From: Acidobacteriota bacterium
Lineage (GTDB): Bacteria; Acidobacteriota; DASWHO01
Reading direction: 5' to 3'
Assembly (NCBI GenBank): GCA_036398155.1
Contig: DASWHO010000423.1
Coordinates: 3,003 to 67,002, forward strand
Length of the DNA stretch: 64,000 bases
In this document: piece after piece, positions 59,391 to 64,000 of the stretch
How the letters are laid out: each line of letters begins with the position of its first letter
Position numbering within the stretch: the first letter of the stretch is position 1
The notes under the pieces: generated by a model
Told to the model about the DNA's origin: nothing
Database searches by the model: none
Seen by the model: only the letters and a program-made list of their open reading frames with translations
Translations under genes and position numbers: made by a program

Positions 59391-60885
59391 CGGCTCCGGC
59401 CCGGCCCGGCGCCGCGACCGGCTCGCCGGCGCGACGGGTGCGGAGCAGAATCGAGCCGCTGATGCCGATCAGATTCGATCCGCGGTAGGCCCGCACCCGC
59501 CAGCGATACTCGTGGCCGGGCGCCAGCTCGCGGCGCAACCGGAGCTGAGGATCCTCGACCTGCTGCTGAAAGACGCTCTGGACCTGACTCGGACCGCCGA
59601 TGAAGCCGAAATCATACAGATCGATGATGTAGTGATCGGCGCCTTCCACCGGCGACCAGGCCAGCACCGTCGCCGGCTCGCCGGCCTGCGGCTCGGGCGC
59701 CGGAGCCGGTTCGATGCGCTGCTGGAGCTCCATCAGCAGCGGGGTCCACTGGCCGCGAACCACCAAGGATTGGGCACCGCTCAAGACCAGCTCGCCGCGC
59801 TGCATCCGGGCGCGCACGGTGTATTCCCCCGGCGCCAGCTCCGGAAGCCGAAAGCGTCCGTTGGCGTCGGATCGCGCCGCCAGCGCCGGGCGGCCGCGGA
59901 CCGCCCCATCGGGAAGGACCTCGACCTCGGCGCCGGCCACCGGCTCTCCATCCCACATCAGCCGCCCGGTGAAGCGGGTCGCGCTGGCCTGCTCGAGCGC
60001 CTCCTGCGCCGCCGCGTAGGCGGGATCGAGCGCGAGCGCGGCCTGGTAGGCCTCCTGCGCCTGCTCGATGCGCCCCAGCGCGAGCAGGGTATTGCCCAGA
60101 TTGTATTGAACTCTGGGATTGTCGGGCGCGAGCCGGGCCGCGCTCGCAAACGCATCGTGGGCGGCGGCGAAATCGGACTCGCCGTAGAGCAGCGCTCCGA
60201 GGTTGTTGTAGGCGGCGAAGCTGTAAGCGTTGTCGCGGTGCTGGGCCAGAAAGTCGCGCCACGCCGCCTCGGTGTTGGCCTGGCTGGCGGCGCTGTAGGC
60301 CAGCGCCGCCGAGCGGAACGGATCCGGCGCCGGCTGCCGAGCCCGTTCGGCGCGGAGCTGTTCGAGACGCTGCTCGACGTAGGTTCGGTAGGTGCTTGCG
60401 GGATGGAGCTCGAGGAAGCGGCTCCACCCGCCGATCCGGTCCTCGCTCCGAGCCGCCTGAAAGTCGCTGCGCTCACGCGCCAGCTCGTAGAAGCGTTGGG
60501 CCTCCTGCTCGAACTGCCCCTGCGGGTAGCGCTCCAAGAACTCTCGCCAGGCCGCCGGGCTGGCGCCGCGCACCGCGCGGCTGAAGGCGTCTTTTTCGTC
60601 CGGATCGATCGGGGTCGCGTCCGACGGCGCCAGCGGCAACCAGGGCAGCGCGAAGGCCATCGCGAGCAGCACCAACGCCGCTCCGAGGGCCCAGAGGCGG
60701 ACCCGGTCGCGGCGGTTTCGCGCCGGCGGCCGCGGCCGCCCATCGTGCTCGAGCTGCAGCGCCGCGAACATCTCGGTCTTGGGATCGGGCGCGGCCGCCG
60801 CCAACGCGGCCGGCCCAGTCCAGCGCGGTTGACCGTGCTGCGGGGGCGGTTTATTCTTCCCTTCTGCTGCTTTTCGTCGCGGCAT
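59383..60885 (-). CDS. Membrane-anchored TPR-repeat protein with carboxypeptidase-regulatory-like (CarbPepD_reg) beta-sandwich domain
   Basis: Start MPRRKAAEGK.. TM helix (LWALGAALVLLAMAFALPWL). TPR-like repeats. 'GAEVEVLPDGAVRGRPALAARSDANGRFRLPELAPGEYTVRA'. Overlaps the ispD start by 8 nt. Confidence 0.55.
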   Translation of the reverse strand: MPRRKAAEGKNKPPPQHGQPRWTGPAALAAAAPDPKTEMFAALQLEHDGRPRPPARNRRDRVRLWALGAALVLLAMAFALPWLPLAPSDATPIDPDEKDAFSRAVRGASPAAWREFLERYPQGQFEQEAQRFYELARERSDFQAARSEDRIGGWSRFLELHPASTYRTYVEQRLEQLRAERARQPAPDPFRSAALAYSAASQANTEAAWRDFLAQHRDNAYSFAAYNNLGALLYGESDFAAAHDAFASAARLAPDNPRVQYNLGNTLLALGRIEQAQEAYQAALALDPAYAAAQEALEQASATRFTGRLMWDGEPVAGAEVEVLPDGAVRGRPALAARSDANGRFRLPELAPGEYTVRARMQRGELVLSGAQSLVVRGQWTPLLMELQQRIEPAPAPEPQAGEPATVLAWSPVEGADHYIIDLYDFGFIGGPSQVQSVFQQQVEDPQLRLRRELAPGHEYRWRVRAYRGSNLIGISGSILLRTRRAGEPVAAPGRAGADG

Positions 60886-60938
60886 CGGTCCCAAGTCGCG
60901 CGTCGGCTCTATAGGATAGCGAAGGACGGAGCACAGCG

Positions 60939-61961
60939 GTGAGCGAAGCGCAAACACCTCCGATCAAGAAGATGAGCTTGGAGGAGAAGCTCGCCCAGCT
61001 CGCGGCCCGCAAGGAAGCCAAGAAAGCCAAGCTGGCCGCCGGCCAGCAGGCCGAAGAGGTCGAGGGCTGGCAGATCCGCTGGGCTCAGGTTCAGGGTCAG
61101 CCGGAGGATCCACTGGAGCGCAAGCGCCGCTACGGTCTGGCCTACGAGGTGATCGACCGCCCCGACGCCTTCTTCGTCAAGTTCGAGCTGCCGCGCCGGG
61201 TGCCCGACTTCGCCGACAAGTACCGCTTCGGTTTGCCGGAGTTCATGCCGGATTATAAGTACCAGGTCCAGCTCGAGGGCCGGGTCCTGGTGGTCGAAGC
61301 CAAGCTCGAGGACGAGACGATCCGCTCCTACACCACCAAAGTCAACTCGTTTCCGCCCAACTTCCGGCGCGAGATCGCCTTCGACGACAAGCTCGAGGGC
61401 TTCGAATGGCGCTACAACTACAAGGACCTCGAGATCGTGCTGTTCAAGGCCGGGCGCAAACCCGAGCTCTACAAGTGGGAAGCGCACTTCATCACCGACG
61501 ACTGCGTCGGCTGCGGGGTCTGCGACATCAAGTGCCCGACCGAGACCATCTGGGGGCTCAAGAAAGAGCGCTTCGTCATCGTCCCCGACAACTGCATCAA
61601 CTGCGGCGTGTGCGGCATCTACTGCCCCTACGACTCGATCCTGGACCACCACGGGGTGCTGGTGCCGAAGCAGAAGCCGCGCGACATCCCCAAGGCCAAG
61701 GTGGTGCTCGACCTGTGCAGCGGCTGCGAGTTCTGCATCGACATCTGCCCGTTCGACTGCATCTCGCTGGTGCCCTACCCCGACGAGACCAGCTACGACC
61801 GGGTCGCGGTGGTCGACGAGAAAGAGTGCGTCAGCTGCAAGCTCTGCGAGCAGATCTGCATCAAGGAAGCGATCGTGATCGACCGCGAGATCAAGGACCA
61901 GCCCTACGTCGGCTTCGGCTCGATGCCGGCGGAATATTTCCAGCCCCGCACCAGCCCCTAG
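60939..61961 (+). CDS. Putative Hsp20/alpha-crystallin-like N-terminal segment fused to four 4Fe-4S ferredoxin-type cluster motifs
   Basis: Four CxxCxxCxxxCP-type motifs (CVGCGVCDIKCP, CINCGVCGIYCP, CSGCEFCIDICP, CVSCKLCEQICI). The N-terminal part (YEVIDRPDAFFVKFELP..QVQLEGRVLVVEAKLEDE) resembles an ACD beta-sandwich; this is inferred only. Confidence 0.6.
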   Translation: MSEAQTPPIKKMSLEEKLAQLAARKEAKKAKLAAGQQAEEVEGWQIRWAQVQGQPEDPLERKRRYGLAYEVIDRPDAFFVKFELPRRVPDFADKYRFGLPEFMPDYKYQVQLEGRVLVVEAKLEDETIRSYTTKVNSFPPNFRREIAFDDKLEGFEWRYNYKDLEIVLFKAGRKPELYKWEAHFITDDCVGCGVCDIKCPTETIWGLKKERFVIVPDNCINCGVCGIYCPYDSILDHHGVLVPKQKPRDIPKAKVVLDLCSGCEFCIDICPFDCISLVPYPDETSYDRVAVVDEKECVSCKLCEQICIKEAIVIDREIKDQPYVGFGSMPAEYFQPRTSP

Positions 61962-61998
61962 CCGTGCCCGGCGGCGGATCTGCCGCCGGCTGCTTCAG
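61962..61998 (+). repeat. Short copy (head only) of the post-stop repeat: CCCGGCGGCGGATCTGCCGCCGG-CTGCTTC
   Basis: 7 nt after the ferredoxin-like gene's TAG. Sits between convergent genes. Confidence 0.55.
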
Positions 61999-62001
61999 GA
62001 A

Positions 62002-62508
62002 CTACCAGTCTTGGGCGGTGGGGGCGGGGCGGTCGGTCTGCTGCTCCATGCGCTGAGCCAGGCGGCGATCGAACTCGCGGTCGAAGATCAGATAGTGCGC
62101 CACCTGCGCCGGAGTGAGCAGGCGCTTGAGCTCGGCGAGCTCGTCCTTGCGCAGCTGATAGAGCTGATCCTCTTGAGCTTCCAGCTCGTCGAGCAACAGG
62201 TTGATGCGATCGTTGTTGGGCGGCTCCGACTGCAGCGCCATCCGGAGCAGCTCGGCGGTGCGGCGCCGGGCTTCGAACGTCTGCATCCGGCGGGTGAGAT
62301 ATTCGCGGTCCAGGCGCGCGACCTTGAGCAGCTCCGCGTCGCCGAGCTTGAGGCGATCGCCGAGCTCGAGCAAGCGCATGCGGCTGATGCGGGCGACGAT
62401 CGCCTCGAGCCGCTCCTCGTGAACCGGTCCCGGCCGCCGCGCCGGCTGAGCCGACGCCCAAGCGGCGCCGATCAGCACCGCGGCAGCCCAACCGCACCGA
62501 TGCCTCAT
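62002..62508 (-). CDS. Periplasmic Spy/CpxP-family (LTXXQ motif) protein
   Basis: Signal peptide (MRHRCGWAAAVLIGAAWASA). 'LTPAQVAHYLIFDREFDRRLAQ' LTXXQ motif. Coiled-coil-rich. Confidence 0.6.
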   Translation of the reverse strand: MRHRCGWAAAVLIGAAWASAQPARRPGPVHEERLEAIVARISRMRLLELGDRLKLGDAELLKVARLDREYLTRRMQTFEARRRTAELLRMALQSEPPNNDRINLLLDELEAQEDQLYQLRKDELAELKRLLTPAQVAHYLIFDREFDRRLAQRMEQQTDRPAPTAQDW

Positions 62509-63164
62509 GTGGCGCTCCCGGAACCGCGCCGCGTCGAATCGATGAGGGCCTCGAGCTCGCTCAGCGTATGCTCGAGCGCTGCGGCGTCCAACTCGAGCAA
62601 GCGCTCCTCGGCGCTGGGCGCGAAGCCGACCGCATACGCAGCCGCGTCATCCGGCAGCGCGCCGCCATAGAGATCGATCGAAGCCTGCTCGAGCTGCTCG
62701 ACCGAGAGCTCGGCGAGCGCCGATTCGAAACCCAGCTCCGCCGGCGGCAGCGGCGCGTGAACGGTCCGCGGCGGCGGATCGACGGCGCGCGGCGGATTCA
62801 GGACCATCGTCAGCGCCGCCGTGGCTGCGACGGCGGCCGGGACCGCGACCCAGAGCCAGCGGCCGGTTCTGAGCTTGCCGCGCTCGCAGCGCTCTGCGCC
62901 GCTCGACGCCAGCCGGCGGCGAACGCCGGAGCGGAAGCGCGCATCCGCGGCTTCCGAATCGCTTTCCGGCCACGGCAGCGGCAGCGCGGCGAGATCGGTC
63001 AGATCGCGCCGCAGCTCGGCCAGCTGCCGCTGCAGCTCGGGCCGGCACTTCAAGTCGCGTTCCAACGCCGCCTGCTCGGAGCCCGAAAGCGTCGCATCGA
63101 GATAGGCGACCAGGCGCGCGTCGCTGCCGCGTTCGAACCAGCGCATGATTTTCCAGCCTATCAC
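62505..63164 (-). CDS. Putative anti-sigma factor (single-pass membrane protein)
   Basis: Immediately downstream of and overlapping the ECF sigma gene. Central TM (WLWVAVPAAVAATAALTMVL). Confidence 0.55.
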   Translation of the reverse strand: MIGWKIMRWFERGSDARLVAYLDATLSGSEQAALERDLKCRPELQRQLAELRRDLTDLAALPLPWPESDSEAADARFRSGVRRRLASSGAERCERGKLRTGRWLWVAVPAAVAATAALTMVLNPPRAVDPPPRTVHAPLPPAELGFESALAELSVEQLEQASIDLYGGALPDDAAAYAVGFAPSAEERLLELDAAALEHTLSELEALIDSTRRGSGSAT

Positions 63165-63730
63165 AGCACCCAGGCTCCGAGACCTTCCGGCCGGGCCGCC
63201 TCGGAGCCGCCCAGACGCCGGCGCAGGTTTCTCACCGCATGATGGAAATTCACCTTGGCCGAGTTCTCGCTGCAGCCCACGAGCGCGGCGATCTGCTCGT
63301 AGGGCAGCTCTTCATACACCCGCAGCACCAGGACCTCGCGCTGCCGCGGCGGCAGGCCGCCGAGCGCGGCGCGCAGCCGCTCGATCCTCTGCCCGCCGAT
63401 GATCTCGCTCAAGACTCCGGGCCGCTGGTCCGCCAGCGGCCGCCCGTCCTCGAGCGGCTCGCTCGGGCGGCTCTTGCGCAGATGGTTCTTGCACAGGTTG
63501 ATCGCGATCCGATACAGCCAGGTCTTGAACGTCGACTGGCGTTGAAAACCGGCCAAGTTTTGATACGCCTGCACGAACGCCTGCTGGGCCAAGTCCTCGG
63601 CGTCGGCGGCATTGCCGACCATGCGGTAGGCCAGGTGGCACAGCGGACGTCGGTAGCGGCTCATGAGCGTATCGAGTGCGGTTTCTTCTCCCGCCGAGAC
63701 GCGCTCCAACAGGGCGAGATCTGGATCCAT
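63161..63730 (-). CDS. ECF (sigma-24/RpoE-like) RNA polymerase sigma factor
   Basis: Region 2 'DAEDLAQQAFVQAYQNLAGFQRQSTFKTWLYRIAINLCKNHLRK' and region 4 'LPPRQREVLVLRVYEELPYEQIAALVGCSENSAKVNFHHAV'. Start MDPDL is favoured; the alternative is 63808. Confidence 0.8.
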   Translation of the reverse strand: MDPDLALLERVSAGEETALDTLMSRYRRPLCHLAYRMVGNAADAEDLAQQAFVQAYQNLAGFQRQSTFKTWLYRIAINLCKNHLRKSRPSEPLEDGRPLADQRPGVLSEIIGGQRIERLRAALGGLPPRQREVLVLRVYEELPYEQIAALVGCSENSAKVNFHHAVRNLRRRLGGSEAARPEGLGAWVL

Positions 63731-63835
63731 CTGCCGTTCATCCGGGGCCTCACCCGATAGAGAGTGCGGCGGGCGGCGCGGGTTAAAAGGGGGAGATTGC
63801 ATATTCACTATTTCTTCACTAGCATACAGACGGCG

Positions 63836-64000
63836 ATGAAAGCGGACTTCGATTCTGAGGTTGGAGCCGCGCTGCGATCGAATCTGACCGCCTGGCGCGA
63901 GCTCTACACCCGGCGTTACCAGCTATTCCTCGGTCCGAAGGAGCTGCGCGAGCTGGTCGATCTGGGACGCCAGCTGGCCGCCATCCAGCGCGACTTCGCA
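63836..64000 (+). CDS. 5' part of an uncharacterised ORF running off the window end
   Basis: ATG at 63836, strong third-position GC bias, no stop before the window end. Product unknown. Confidence 0.3.
   Translation, partial: MKADFDSEVGAALRSNLTAWRELYTRRYQLFLGPKELRELVDLGRQLAAIQRDFA

Overview
This is a 64-kb, ~68% GC bacterial chromosomal segment. The core (22.3-54.3 kb, all on the minus strand) is an uninterrupted translation/transcription supercluster. Its order is tRNA-Thr/Tyr/Gly/Thr, rpmG, tRNA-Trp, secE, nusG, rplKAJL, rpoBC, rpsLG, fusA, tuf, the S10 and spc operons, secY, adk, map, rpmJ, rpsMK, rpoA, rplQ. rpsD and infA are not at their usual positions. The left flank (+) carries a 5'-truncated purple-acid-phosphatase/cadherin-repeat protein, a receiver-domain::PEP-utilising-enzyme fusion and nupC. 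Following on the minus strand are a TPR protein, exbD, exbD, exbB, a secreted FG-GAP/ASPIC-UnbV protein translationally coupled to an orphan OppF-type ABC ATPase, and then on the plus strand tRNA-Lys/Leu, tig, clpP, clpX, lon and a Ser/Thr kinase. The right flank carries a secreted hypothetical, an AlkP-family::TPR protein, rlmB-like, ispF, ispD, a TPR/CarbPepD_reg protein, a divergent putative Hsp20(ACD)-like::4x[4Fe-4S] ferredoxin fusion, and an ECF sigma / anti-sigma / Spy(LTXXQ)-like module. I found no transposase, integrase, CRISPR array or obvious defence island. The most unusual content is non-coding. One is a family of GC-rich double-hairpin repeats beginning with CGGCGGCGGAT, placed immediately after stop codons of six genes; two convergent copies build a 528-bp quasi-palindrome between the kinase and rplQ, and some copies are joined to GTCATTCCG..CGGAATCCAG hairpins. 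The other is a 158-bp near-perfect palindromic insert filling an abnormal 185-bp gap between rplP and rpmC inside the S10 operon. Many long ORFs in the supplied track are antisense high-GC artefacts and were not annotated.
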